From: Solirubrobacteraceae bacterium
Lineage (GTDB): Bacteria > Actinomycetota > Thermoleophilia > Solirubrobacterales > Solirubrobacteraceae
Assembly (NCBI GenBank): GCA_036490555.1
Contig: DASXDO010000006.1
Coordinates: forward strand, 3,637 to 67,636
Direction of reading: 5' to 3'
Length of the DNA stretch: 64,000 bases
Shown here: positions 9,588 through 18,333 of the stretch, piece by piece
Layout of the letters: each line of letters opens with the position of its first letter
How positions within the stretch are numbered: position 1 is the first letter of the stretch
Made by a program: the position numbers and the translations under genes
The notes under the pieces: generated by a model
Seen by the model: only the letters and a program-made list of their open reading frames with translations
What the model was told of the DNA's origin: nothing
Databases searched by the model: none

Positions 9588-10649
9588 CTACCTGAGGTGC
9601 GGCGCTTGCCCGGGACGACCACCGCTAGTAGTCGAGGCGCTCTCCCCAATCGCGTGCTCGACTTCGACTCCGGTCGCAGTGAGCCGCCACGCGTTCGCCT
9701 CGCCACGTCCAGGATGCGCAGCGTTCTCGATCAGCCCAGCCCGCACAAGCCGCGCGAGCAGCTTCGAGATCTGGCCTGGGTCGGCGATGCCTGCCTGCAG
9801 CGCGACGGCGCGATTGGAGCCGCCAGGGTGCGCTGCAATCGAATGCATCACCATCGCGGTCCTGTAGGTGAGGCGGATCGCAAGCTTGCCAAGCGGGTTC
9901 GCGCGCGGCTGTGGGGCGATCTCAGGCGGATCGGCCGGCGGCCTGTTCAGCTCCTTGGCCGCGGCCGCCGGCCCAAGGTAGGGCAGCACGACAATCGCCA
10001 TCAACTGCCCAAGCATCCCCGCCATCCCGCCTGCATCGCGGCTCGCCTGCCCGCCGTCGCGCGGCGCCTTGCTGCCGTCGCCGGCGAGCAGCCGGCCCTG
10101 GACGATCGAGAGCACCGCTCCGACAACTCCCTCGGCCGTGACCTCCGAGAGGCATTTGCCTACGGAGCGGGCGCGACTTCGTCCCTCATCGACCGCCGCC
10201 ACGAGCACCTCGACTGCCTCGAGGCGACGGCGCAGCACAGGCTCGCCGGCGCCAAGCGAGTCGAAGACGAGGAACGTGCCAAGCAGTGGCTCCTCGTCGA
10301 GGAACCCAAGAAATGCCGCAAGCGCAGCCCTGGCCTGCTCGCGCCAACCGCTGTGCGTCCGCCAAGCGGGCAGCACTGCCGCCGCTGCCCGCTCGATCGC
10401 CTCCTCGAGGGTCGCGGCCATACACTCGTCGCGGTCACGGAAGACCTCATAGAACGTGCGCCTCGAGACGCCCGAACCAGAGACGATGTCCGCGACGCTC
10501 ACGCCCGCTGCACCGCGCTCCCTGGCAGCCTGGGCCGTGGCGAGCAGCATCCGATTGCGCTGTATCTCAGCAATCGTCGCGCGGCCACTGGTTGAGGACC
10601 GACGTCGGCGAGCACGAGCGCCAACGTCGGTCCTGCTCTGAACGGGCAT
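9588..10649 (-). CDS. TetR-family regulator with extra C-terminal winged-HTH domain (copy A)
   Basis: VSVADIVSGSGVSRRTFYEVF TetR HTH; C-terminal SNRAVALQAGIADPGQISKLLARL...NAWRLT. Confidence 0.85.
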   Translation of the reverse strand: MPVQSRTDVGARARRRRSSTSGRATIAEIQRNRMLLATAQAARERGAAGVSVADIVSGSGVSRRTFYEVFRDRDECMAATLEEAIERAAAAVLPAWRTHSGWREQARAALAAFLGFLDEEPLLGTFLVFDSLGAGEPVLRRRLEAVEVLVAAVDEGRSRARSVGKCLSEVTAEGVVGAVLSIVQGRLLAGDGSKAPRDGGQASRDAGGMAGMLGQLMAIVVLPYLGPAAAAKELNRPPADPPEIAPQPRANPLGKLAIRLTYRTAMVMHSIAAHPGGSNRAVALQAGIADPGQISKLLARLVRAGLIENAAHPGRGEANAWRLTATGVEVEHAIGESASTTSGGRPGQAPHLR

Positions 10650-10664
10650 CGCCGAGCCTACGCC

Positions 10665-13600
10665 CTAGCCCTGCCGCCGCTTGGGCGCATGCCGCCTGCT
10701 CCCCTTGCCTTCGACTTTGCCCTTCTTCGCGGCTTTCTTGGTCTTCTTCCTGGCCGCCGTGCAGCCGCCGACCTTGACCTTGATCTGCTGCGTCAGGACC
10801 GCGCCGTTCTGGCCGGTGATCGTCGTCGGCATGCTCAGCGTCGTGTTGCAGAGGTTGCCGTTGCCGGCGAGCGCCGAGTGCGGGCCCTGTGGCAGCGTCA
10901 GCTTGAAGCTGTCGAAGGGCACGTCCGGCACCGTCTTGAACGTCGAGCTCGTGATCCCCGCTTTGCTGATGAAAGTTTCGCCGTTCAGTTCGACGGTCAC
11001 GCCATAGCCCTGCAGGACCAGGATCAGTTCCGGGAACTTCGCGCCGCCATGGCTGACGAAGTACGCCGGGCCGCTGAGCGGCACCGGCAGCACCGGCGTG
11101 CTCACGGTCGCCGAGCCGACGATCGACGCGGCCGGACAGCTAGCGGGACTGGCGTCGAACTGCGATGCGGTGCACGCCTGCTGCAGCGTCGAAAGGCGCG
11201 AAGGCAGCTTCTTCGGCAGTTCGACGCGCACCTTCGCGATATCGGCCTGGCCTTCGCTGGAGGTGACGTTCACCTGCAGCTGCGCACCGTTTTTGCGAGA
11301 GTGCTTGGCCTTGGTCGCCGCAGTCAGCTTCGGCTTGAACGACAGCGCCGCGCAGTTGGTCACCTGGAAGCTGCTCGACACGCTGGCGCTCATGCCTTCG
11401 ATGGAGCTGAGCGTCCCAACGAGCTGCTTCTTTTCACAGCTTGTCGGGTTGAACATGAACCCAGGCCTATCGATCCGCACATTCACGGCCTTCAACTGCA
11501 ACGGAATGCCATCCAACATGCTCGGCAACTGGCCACTGGTCACCGTCAGCTGCGCGGTATGGCGATCGACGAAGATCTGCGAACGCACAACCACAGTGCC
11601 GCTATCCGCCGGCTGACCCTTGCCTTCCACGCCACCAAGCGTGTACGGGCCAGCGACAGCAGGCACCACGATCGAGAGCCCGAACTGCGAGCCGCCATAC
11701 CCTTCGGTCAAATACACATGACCACCTGAGACGAGGAAGGGATTCGCGCCTGGCCCTGTCAACGCTTCGACAGTCCCGAGCTCGCTTGCGGCAGAGCACG
11801 TCCCCGCGTTCGCCTGGGCTTCCCCGCAGAGCGGGATCCCGACAAGCGACCCCAGCAGCCCTTCGGGCATCTTGACCGACACGCCGCCAAGGAACTCATC
11901 GTGGTCTTCGCGTCCAAACGCCAACGTGAATTCACCGTGCGCCCCAGCCTGGATATTCGGCATCCCAGCTTTGAACGAAGGCGCGAACTGTGGGCCGAAG
12001 CACTTTTCGTTGATTTCGAAGGTGCTGGAAGACGTCGAGTCTGGCGTGGAAGGCGTGCTCCACGGCGTCAGATCCATGCTCGAAGTCACCGGCCCACAAC
12101 TGCGCGGGTTCGCCAGAACCGCCCGCGGACCGCCTGCAAGCTTCAACTTGAACTCGCTGAACGGCAGCTGCGGGTTTTCTTCGAAGTCCGTCGTGATCTG
12201 ACCCGTCTTCTGGTCGATATGGCCGCGACCTTCGAGCTTGATCACGATCCCGCCTTCGCCTTCGCTGACCGCCTGCACGAACAGGCGAATCATCTTGCCG
12301 TCTTCGGCATCTTCGGGCGTGCACGGACCATCGCATGCCGGTTCGGCGAGATACACCTTCCCTTCCAATGCTTCTTCGAGGGCAGGCGTCTTGATCCACA
12401 CAGTTCCAACCTGCGCTTCGCGCGGGCATTCGGCAGGCGATGCGGGTTCCTGAGCTGGATGCCTGGGCCCGTAGAACTGCGCATTGGAACACGCCTTCAG
12501 GCCCCAGGCCGCCGAGGGGTTGACGACCACTCCTTCGGGCAGCTTCAGAGACACGGCCTTTACGTTCGGCGTCGCCAAGCCATTCACCGCGTTGTTCTGC
12601 GGCACGCTCAAGTCGAAGTCGAACCCCGCCGGGACACCCGCTTCCAACGTGTCAGGCAGCATCGAGAAGGACGAGGTCAGGCGCAGCAGGTCACAGCCCG
12701 TGAGCTCACCCAGCGAAACTGCTTCGGAGGCGACGAACGATCCCGGTCGAGTCCAGGAGTCGGCTTCGAGGCCTGCGCTCAGCGGTTCTGTGCACTGCTG
12801 CCCATTCGTCAACAGCGGCACGCGCGTGGTACCGCTGGACCCCCCGAACGAGCCTCCTGTGAAGAGGTTGTAGATCGATGTGTCAGGCCCAGGACCACTG
12901 TGATCGGCCGGCACCCCCCACATCGTGATCGACGAGCCATATACATGTGCCCCCTCGTCGATGTCAGGCACGTTCACTTGGACCGCGTCGTTGCCGTTAC
13001 CGAGCACCGTCGTGTCGAGACGCACTGGCACGACGACCGCGTCGATGCCAAACGCCGCAGGCTCCCCTGGCGCGGGGGCGATGTTGTACACGGGCACGAC
13101 GAACTGACCGGCCGCTCCGCCAAGCCCGACGACGATCGTCGCCATGCCCACCATCGTGTCCGCTGGGCACGCCGCTGCGTTCTGCGTCTCTTTCAGGACT
13201 GCCGTCATCGTGCAGCGCGGCATTCCCACCGTGTTGCCGACGATCCCAGGCGGCAGATCGAAATGAACGTCCTTCGGGCTTTCGCTCATGACGTTCGTTT
13301 CCTTGGTGGCGAACTCGAACGATGTGGTGACGTTCGCATGCGCGCCCGCCTGTGCACTGGAGAGCGCCGCGACCACGCTATGCGGCGCGACTCCAAACGG
13401 CGCGGGGGTTTCGCTCACTGGCAACGGCGTGACAGCGTTCGCCTGTGGCAGCCCACCGCCGGTCACCTGCACTTCGTTTTCGACGCTGGCAGGCAGGCCA
13501 CCGTCGACCTGGAGGGTGATCGTCATGATGAAGCTGTCCCCAGGATCGACCGTGCCGTTATAGGTGCATTCGAGGACTGGTGAGGTTTGGCATTCCATCC

Positions 13601-14255
13601 CGCCGAAGAAGCCTTCATAGTCTTTGTAGGCGTCTTCGGCGCGCACTGCCGTCGCGGTAAGCCCCGTGGGCAGAATGTCGGTCACTGTGACTGGGCCGCC
13701 GCTGGCGGCATCGCCAACATTGACCACCCTCACCGTCAGTTCGGCGGCTGAGACTCCGGTGTTGATGGTTTCAAGGCTCGCGGTGTGCGATCCGCCTGTC
13801 AGTTCGCTGCTCAGCACCTTGAGACGGACTTCTTCCCTGGCCAGGCTGGTGTCTGTGAGCCCGCCTTCCCATGTGAGCATGTAAGGCGCCGAGCCGCCTG
13901 GGCCACCGGTGACCGCCATCGTAGCCCCAGCGACCTCCGGTACCACTTCGGCTTCGTTCAGTGCTGTTTCGACCTGTGCCGCCGTCGCGTTGTATGGCAG
14001 CGGCGTGGTCTGTGCTTCCTGGTTGCCTCTGAAGACCGCGATTGTGAAGGTGCCACCGGTTGCATCCACCGTCAAGCGTTCAGTGTCACTGCGCGGGCTT
14101 TCAGGGCGCAGGTTCGTCGGCGAAGGCACAGCGGTCACCGCCCAACGCGCGCTTTCCGCCGCCTGAGCCGCACCAGCGAGCGCCGCCATCGTCGCGCACG
14201 CGAGGATCGCCAGCAGCGCGGCGCGCCTTTGCCAGTTGCCAAATGCCTGCCGCAT
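10665..14255 (-). CDS. Large secreted beta-rich repeat protein (~1196 aa, copy A)
   Basis: Signal peptide after MRQAFG; TGATG coupling to upstream gene; DUF11-like VTVTDILPTGL; Lys-rich tail. Confidence 0.8.
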   Translation of the reverse strand: MRQAFGNWQRRAALLAILACATMAALAGAAQAAESARWAVTAVPSPTNLRPESPRSDTERLTVDATGGTFTIAVFRGNQEAQTTPLPYNATAAQVETALNEAEVVPEVAGATMAVTGGPGGSAPYMLTWEGGLTDTSLAREEVRLKVLSSELTGGSHTASLETINTGVSAAELTVRVVNVGDAASGGPVTVTDILPTGLTATAVRAEDAYKDYEGFFGGMECQTSPVLECTYNGTVDPGDSFIMTITLQVDGGLPASVENEVQVTGGGLPQANAVTPLPVSETPAPFGVAPHSVVAALSSAQAGAHANVTTSFEFATKETNVMSESPKDVHFDLPPGIVGNTVGMPRCTMTAVLKETQNAAACPADTMVGMATIVVGLGGAAGQFVVPVYNIAPAPGEPAAFGIDAVVVPVRLDTTVLGNGNDAVQVNVPDIDEGAHVYGSSITMWGVPADHSGPGPDTSIYNLFTGGSFGGSSGTTRVPLLTNGQQCTEPLSAGLEADSWTRPGSFVASEAVSLGELTGCDLLRLTSSFSMLPDTLEAGVPAGFDFDLSVPQNNAVNGLATPNVKAVSLKLPEGVVVNPSAAWGLKACSNAQFYGPRHPAQEPASPAECPREAQVGTVWIKTPALEEALEGKVYLAEPACDGPCTPEDAEDGKMIRLFVQAVSEGEGGIVIKLEGRGHIDQKTGQITTDFEENPQLPFSEFKLKLAGGPRAVLANPRSCGPVTSSMDLTPWSTPSTPDSTSSSTFEINEKCFGPQFAPSFKAGMPNIQAGAHGEFTLAFGREDHDEFLGGVSVKMPEGLLGSLVGIPLCGEAQANAGTCSAASELGTVEALTGPGANPFLVSGGHVYLTEGYGGSQFGLSIVVPAVAGPYTLGGVEGKGQPADSGTVVVRSQIFVDRHTAQLTVTSGQLPSMLDGIPLQLKAVNVRIDRPGFMFNPTSCEKKQLVGTLSSIEGMSASVSSSFQVTNCAALSFKPKLTAATKAKHSRKNGAQLQVNVTSSEGQADIAKVRVELPKKLPSRLSTLQQACTASQFDASPASCPAASIVGSATVSTPVLPVPLSGPAYFVSHGGAKFPELILVLQGYGVTVELNGETFISKAGITSSTFKTVPDVPFDSFKLTLPQGPHSALAGNGNLCNTTLSMPTTITGQNGAVLTQQIKVKVGGCTAARKKTKKAAKKGKVEGKGSRRHAPKRRQG

Positions 14256-16471
14256 CACTTGCCCCTCCTGTTGTGGCCCCGATTGCCGTTGTGCTGCCCA
14301 TCTGCCTCTTGCTTGCCGCGGACATGTGCACTCCCCGTCGACGAGCCATATCGCTCGCGTGCCTTGCGCTTGCACTTCTTGCGCGCATGCCCCTTGCTTT
14401 GGCGCGTGCACGCCTTCAGCGCCTTGGCAAGCTTCTGCTTGCGTGTCAGCGACTTCGGCGCGTTGTGGCTGGTGACGGTGGGACTCAGGTTCCCAGCGCC
14501 GTTGAACACTTCGCTTGCGGGCGCTTGCAGCAGCTGTGGAGAACCAGGCTGGCCTTGGCAGACCGATCCTTCACATGGAACCGCCGTCGATGTCCCCTGA
14601 TCTCCGGGTCTTGGCACGCGTGCGTCGTAGACGTCATAGGCTTCGTCTGCGTCGCCTGGCGCGAGACCTTCGCTGGTGGAGAAGAACACGTCGTTGCCGC
14701 TCGCGCTGTTGTCGCCGAAGAACGATTCGGAGGGGCTCACACCGGTCGAGATCAGGTGGATTTCACCGTCCTCCCACTCATACGCGTCGCGCACCCCGTT
14801 GGTGTCCTGCACCACCAGCGGGTCGGGCGTATCGAAGAACACGCGGCCGCCATCTTCAGAGATGCCGTGGTTGCCAGGGCTGATGCCGCCGAGCGTGTTG
14901 CCCAGATTCGAGCTCCCGAAAGCATGCGACAGCGATGCGTTGCCCGACGGCGCCGTGCTCGCGGGCGGACAGGAGACACAGCTGAGCTCGTTGCCAGCCG
15001 TTTCGTATCTGTAGACCTCGCTATAGGCGCCGTTGCCGTTGTTGAAGTGCAGCGCGGTGAACGGCGACGCGCTCTGAAACACGTAGACTTCACCATCGGG
15101 CGTGGCCCGCATCAGGCCTTCGTTGGCGGAGCCATGGAATGGAGCGATTTCGACGATCTGCCCGTCGTTCCACAGCTCGAGCTCGCCCTGGCGCACGTAG
15201 ATGAAGTTCGAGCCGCTGCTCGAGGAGCCAAGGATTTCCACCGGCGCTTCCGCCGAGTAGTCCGCCACCCCCGGCAGATAGCTGAGCGTGTCGGTTTCGG
15301 TGTCGAACTCGTACTCCTTGACATCGCCGTTGCCGGGTGCGTCGCTCGTCAGCTGTTCGGTGCTCTCGAAGAAGGCATGCGACCCGTCAGGCGTCGCGTA
15401 GAAGGGACGGCCGCCCTTCACGCCCACCGGCGCCCCAGCCGGTTCGCCGCCTGCTTCGGGCAGGAGCGTGTCGCGTGAGACGAGCGCAGTCGACTGCGCG
15501 CCGTCAGCCGCGGTCTTGCGCACGTAGAGCTGTGAGGGACGTCCGGATTCGGCTTCCGGGTCGGGGCTCAGGAAGAACATCGTGCGTCCGTCTTCAGATA
15601 CCTGGTGGCCGGTTTCCTGGACGTTGCCGTTCAGTAGGCTGGCGGCGGGTATCGCGCCCCATGGGTCCATGTGTCCATCGGGAAGGATCGCCGCGTCTGT
15701 CAGCTTGCCTTCATCCCACTCATAGATGGTGTCCTCGTTGGTGGCGCGGTTCCCAGTCACGTTGAGGGCGCGAACCTCATCGGCGAAGGAGATGTCGCCA
15801 AGCGCAGGATTCGGTTCTTCGCCTTCCGGGGTCAAGACGCCGGGAAAGTCGTAGTAGACGGTTTCAAAGTCGGATGAGGCGCCGTCGAAGGCCCCTAGCT
15901 GACCGAACCTCTCGGCCTCAGTGAACTTGATCGGTTCTGCGATGGTCGGTTTGCCGATCCATTGCACCTGCCCGTCTTCGCCGTAGAGGTAGAGGTGCGG
16001 TGTCGGTTCGCCCTGTTCCTGTTCGGATACGAAGGTGTCGTTGGCGGTGAATACGGTCGCCGACAGATTCGCGGCAAAGCTGAAGCCGAATTGCGGGTTG
16101 GTCGTAGCCACGGTCTGATCGCCGATCCCGCGCGGCATCGCACCGTGACTCTGCCAACCTGTGCCAGTGTGCCGTGCGACGCTGAAGAAGTCGAGGCCAG
16201 TCGATGTTTCGCCAAGCGGCCCGGAGGTCGAGAAGGCGACTTCATTGCCTTCCGGCCCCGCGACGATGTAGGGCGTCGGCGGGCCTGCTTCGCTGCCAGG
16301 CTTGTTGGCGGGTGAGACCATTTCGTATACGCGCCCATCAGGCAGACCAGGGGCCCCCGCAACGTCTTCCGGGCCCTTGCTCGCTTCGGCGGCGGCGAAC
16401 TGCGGCAGCAGTGCGCAAGCGCTGAGGGCGAAGAGCAGATAGGCCAGCACCAGCAACAGCCTTGCTCGCAT
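14255..16471 (-). CDS. Secreted TolB/WD40-like beta-propeller protein (copy A)
   Basis: GGAGG RBS; signal peptide; LPDGRVYEMVSP; repeated SEDGxxVFF blades; basic C-terminal tail. Confidence 0.8.
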   Translation of the reverse strand: MRARLLLVLAYLLFALSACALLPQFAAAEASKGPEDVAGAPGLPDGRVYEMVSPANKPGSEAGPPTPYIVAGPEGNEVAFSTSGPLGETSTGLDFFSVARHTGTGWQSHGAMPRGIGDQTVATTNPQFGFSFAANLSATVFTANDTFVSEQEQGEPTPHLYLYGEDGQVQWIGKPTIAEPIKFTEAERFGQLGAFDGASSDFETVYYDFPGVLTPEGEEPNPALGDISFADEVRALNVTGNRATNEDTIYEWDEGKLTDAAILPDGHMDPWGAIPAASLLNGNVQETGHQVSEDGRTMFFLSPDPEAESGRPSQLYVRKTAADGAQSTALVSRDTLLPEAGGEPAGAPVGVKGGRPFYATPDGSHAFFESTEQLTSDAPGNGDVKEYEFDTETDTLSYLPGVADYSAEAPVEILGSSSSGSNFIYVRQGELELWNDGQIVEIAPFHGSANEGLMRATPDGEVYVFQSASPFTALHFNNGNGAYSEVYRYETAGNELSCVSCPPASTAPSGNASLSHAFGSSNLGNTLGGISPGNHGISEDGGRVFFDTPDPLVVQDTNGVRDAYEWEDGEIHLISTGVSPSESFFGDNSASGNDVFFSTSEGLAPGDADEAYDVYDARVPRPGDQGTSTAVPCEGSVCQGQPGSPQLLQAPASEVFNGAGNLSPTVTSHNAPKSLTRKQKLAKALKACTRQSKGHARKKCKRKARERYGSSTGSAHVRGKQEADGQHNGNRGHNRRGK

Positions 16472-16705
16472 GTTTCCTCCTCTGTGAACGGTCATGGACG
16501 TGCGTCCACGCGTCGTGAATGACAACCTCTCAACGGCAGGCACAGGCACTCCCCGTCCCGCTGTGTGCCGAGAGTCCTGGCATCGGCCAGGACATGCGGG
16601 CGTACGCCCGCGTGCGAGCAGTGCTCGCCATCCGGCCGCTTGGACCGGTGCGCCAGGGACGGCGGTGGCGGCTTACGCCGCTAGCTGCTAGCCGAAGCCC
16701 GGGCC

Positions 16706-16754
16706 AGAGAGAGAGAGAGAGAGAGAGAGATGCGTCAGCCTTGCTGACGCATCT
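16706..16754 (-). terminator. Hairpin AGATGCGTCAGC/GCTGACGCATCT followed by a (TC)n tract (copy A)
   Basis: 12-bp perfect stem 16728-16754; (AG)12A on + at 16706-16730. Confidence 0.55.
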
Positions 16755-16956
16755 GGTTAAAGCACCCGCTTGGGGCGCAACCAGACGCAACACGTATGAC
16801 ATGGAACGTCTCACGCGAACAACGACTCCCTCATCCACTCGATTCAGGTCCCTCTCCAGGAACGCCTGATGCTGCAAGAACACCGGTCACAAAAGGCGCA
16901 ACCGGCCCCAACCTCATCTATGTCACCGTCGACGCCGCACAGGCACCGACTGAACC
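16706..16956 (-). ncRNA. Candidate structured 5' leader RNA (copy A)
   Basis: Near-identical to 24100-24351; several hairpins with pairing-preserving differences; follows a TTGACA-N18-TATAGT promoter. Confidence 0.65.
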
Positions 16957-16986
16957 ACTATAAGCATAGTGACTCACGACTGTCAA
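16957..16986 (-). promoter_or_regulatory. sigmaA-type promoter (copy A)
   Basis: Minus strand TTGACA (16986-16981), 18 nt, TATAGT (16962-16957); both boxes identical in copy B. Confidence 0.75.
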
Positions 16987-17067
16987 GCCCCCAGGCGCAG
17001 CCAGGCCCGCCGACGTCGCCGGCTGGTCGTGTCGCCGGCCGCGATCTCACACGCCGACGGAGAGGAG

Positions 17068-18318
17068 TCAGGCGGAGGCTCGCCTGGAACGGCCCTCCTC
17101 GCGCGCCGGAGCGCTCTCTCTGATTACGCGCTCCAGCTCCGCTCCCCTCGCGGTAAGCCGCCAGGCGTTGGCTTCGCCACGCTCAGGACAGCGGGCGAGG
17201 TTCTCGATCAGCCCGACGCGTCCAAGGCGCGTGAGCAACTTCGATATCTGTCCGGGATCGGCGACGCCGGCGGCCAGCGCGACAGCACGATTCGAAGCGC
17301 CAGGATCGGTCGCGATCGCCTGGAGCACCATCGCGGTGCGGTAGGTGAGACGGATTCCAAGGTTTCCGAGTGGATTGGCACGCAACTGCTGCGTGGCAGC
17401 CGATACAGGCGCAATCCGCTCAGGCCGCGCCCTGCGCAGCTCCCTGACGGCGGCTGCGGGCCCAAGGTAGGGCAGCACGACTATTGCCATCAGCTCTCCA
17501 AGCAGCTCGACCGCTCCATCCTGCCCGCTGCCAGTTCGAGCCACGCCATGCCGCCCGCCGCCACTTCGCGCCACGCCATGCCGCCCGCCGCCACTTCGCG
17601 CCACGTCGTCCCGCCCGCCGCCACTTCGCGCCACGCCATGCCGCCCGCCGCCACTTCGCGCCACGTCGTCCCGCCCGCCGCCAGTTTGCCTCAGGCCATC
17701 GCGCTCACGGCCGACCCGCGCCGCCGTGCCAGTGAGTCCTGTGTGAGCGGGCAGCCGCCCCTGGATGATCGTCAGCACCGCGCCGACGACGCCCTCGGCC
17801 GTGACCTCGGAGAGGCCTGCCGGCGAGCGTGCGGTCTCGCGTCCCTGGTCGATCGTCGCCACGAGCGTCGCGAGCGCCTCTTGGCGCCGCCGCAGCACCG
17901 CCTCACCCGCGCCAAGCGAGTCGAAGACGAGAAACGCGCCGAGCAGCGGCTCCTCGTCGAGGAACGTGAGCAACGCAAGCAGCCCAGCCCGCACCTGCTC
18001 GCGCCAGGCCGCGTGCGCCTGCCAGGCGGGCAGCGCGGCGGCGGTCGCCCGCGCGATCGCCTCCTCGAGCGTCGCGACCATGCACTCGTCGCGATCGGCG
18101 AAGACCTCGTAGAAGGTGCGCCGCGAGACGCCCGAGCCCGCGACGATGTCCGCGACGGTGACGCCCGCGGCTCCCTGCTCTCGTGCTGCCTCCGCCGCCG
18201 CGAGCAGCATCCGGTTGCGTTGGATGTCGACGATCGCCTGACGGCCCGTGGGGGGCCGGTCGGCATGAGGTCGACGCCGGCGGACTCCGGCGTCGACCCT
18301 ATGCTGCTGCCCTGACAT
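17068..18318 (-). CDS. TetR-family regulator with C-terminal winged-HTH (copy B), with an internal 10-aa repeat
   Basis: Clear paralog of 9588-10649. Confidence 0.85.
   Translation of the reverse strand: MSGQQHRVDAGVRRRRPHADRPPTGRQAIVDIQRNRMLLAAAEAAREQGAAGVTVADIVAGSGVSRRTFYEVFADRDECMVATLEEAIARATAAALPAWQAHAAWREQVRAGLLALLTFLDEEPLLGAFLVFDSLGAGEAVLRRRQEALATLVATIDQGRETARSPAGLSEVTAEGVVGAVLTIIQGRLPAHTGLTGTAARVGRERDGLRQTGGGRDDVARSGGGRHGVARSGGGRDDVARSGGGRHGVARSGGGRHGVARTGSGQDGAVELLGELMAIVVLPYLGPAAAVRELRRARPERIAPVSAATQQLRANPLGNLGIRLTYRTAMVLQAIATDPGASNRAVALAAGVADPGQISKLLTRLGRVGLIENLARCPERGEANAWRLTARGAELERVIRESAPAREEGRSRRASA
17521..17690. repeat. 30-bp tandem repeat (~5.5 copies) encoding RSGGGRHGVA/RSGGGRDDVA
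   Basis: ccgcccgccgccacttcgcgccacg(c/t)c(a/g)t(g/c) at period 30. Confidence 0.9.
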
Positions 18319-18333
18319 CGGCTGGCTCGTGCC

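Noticed and set aside
9093..10595. Long antisense and alternative-frame ORFs (e.g. 9093-10595, 11901-13583, 16969-18315, 22329-23936, 44681-46333)
   Set aside because: Shadow ORFs of real genes in high-GC DNA; Arg/Pro/Ala-rich with no motifs
16530..16883. ORFs across the conserved leader (also 24075-24278) with similar translations
   Set aside because: Similarity follows from DNA identity; no RBS, the frames diverge after the TC tract, and substitutions preserve base pairing rather than codons. A leader peptide is not fully excluded.
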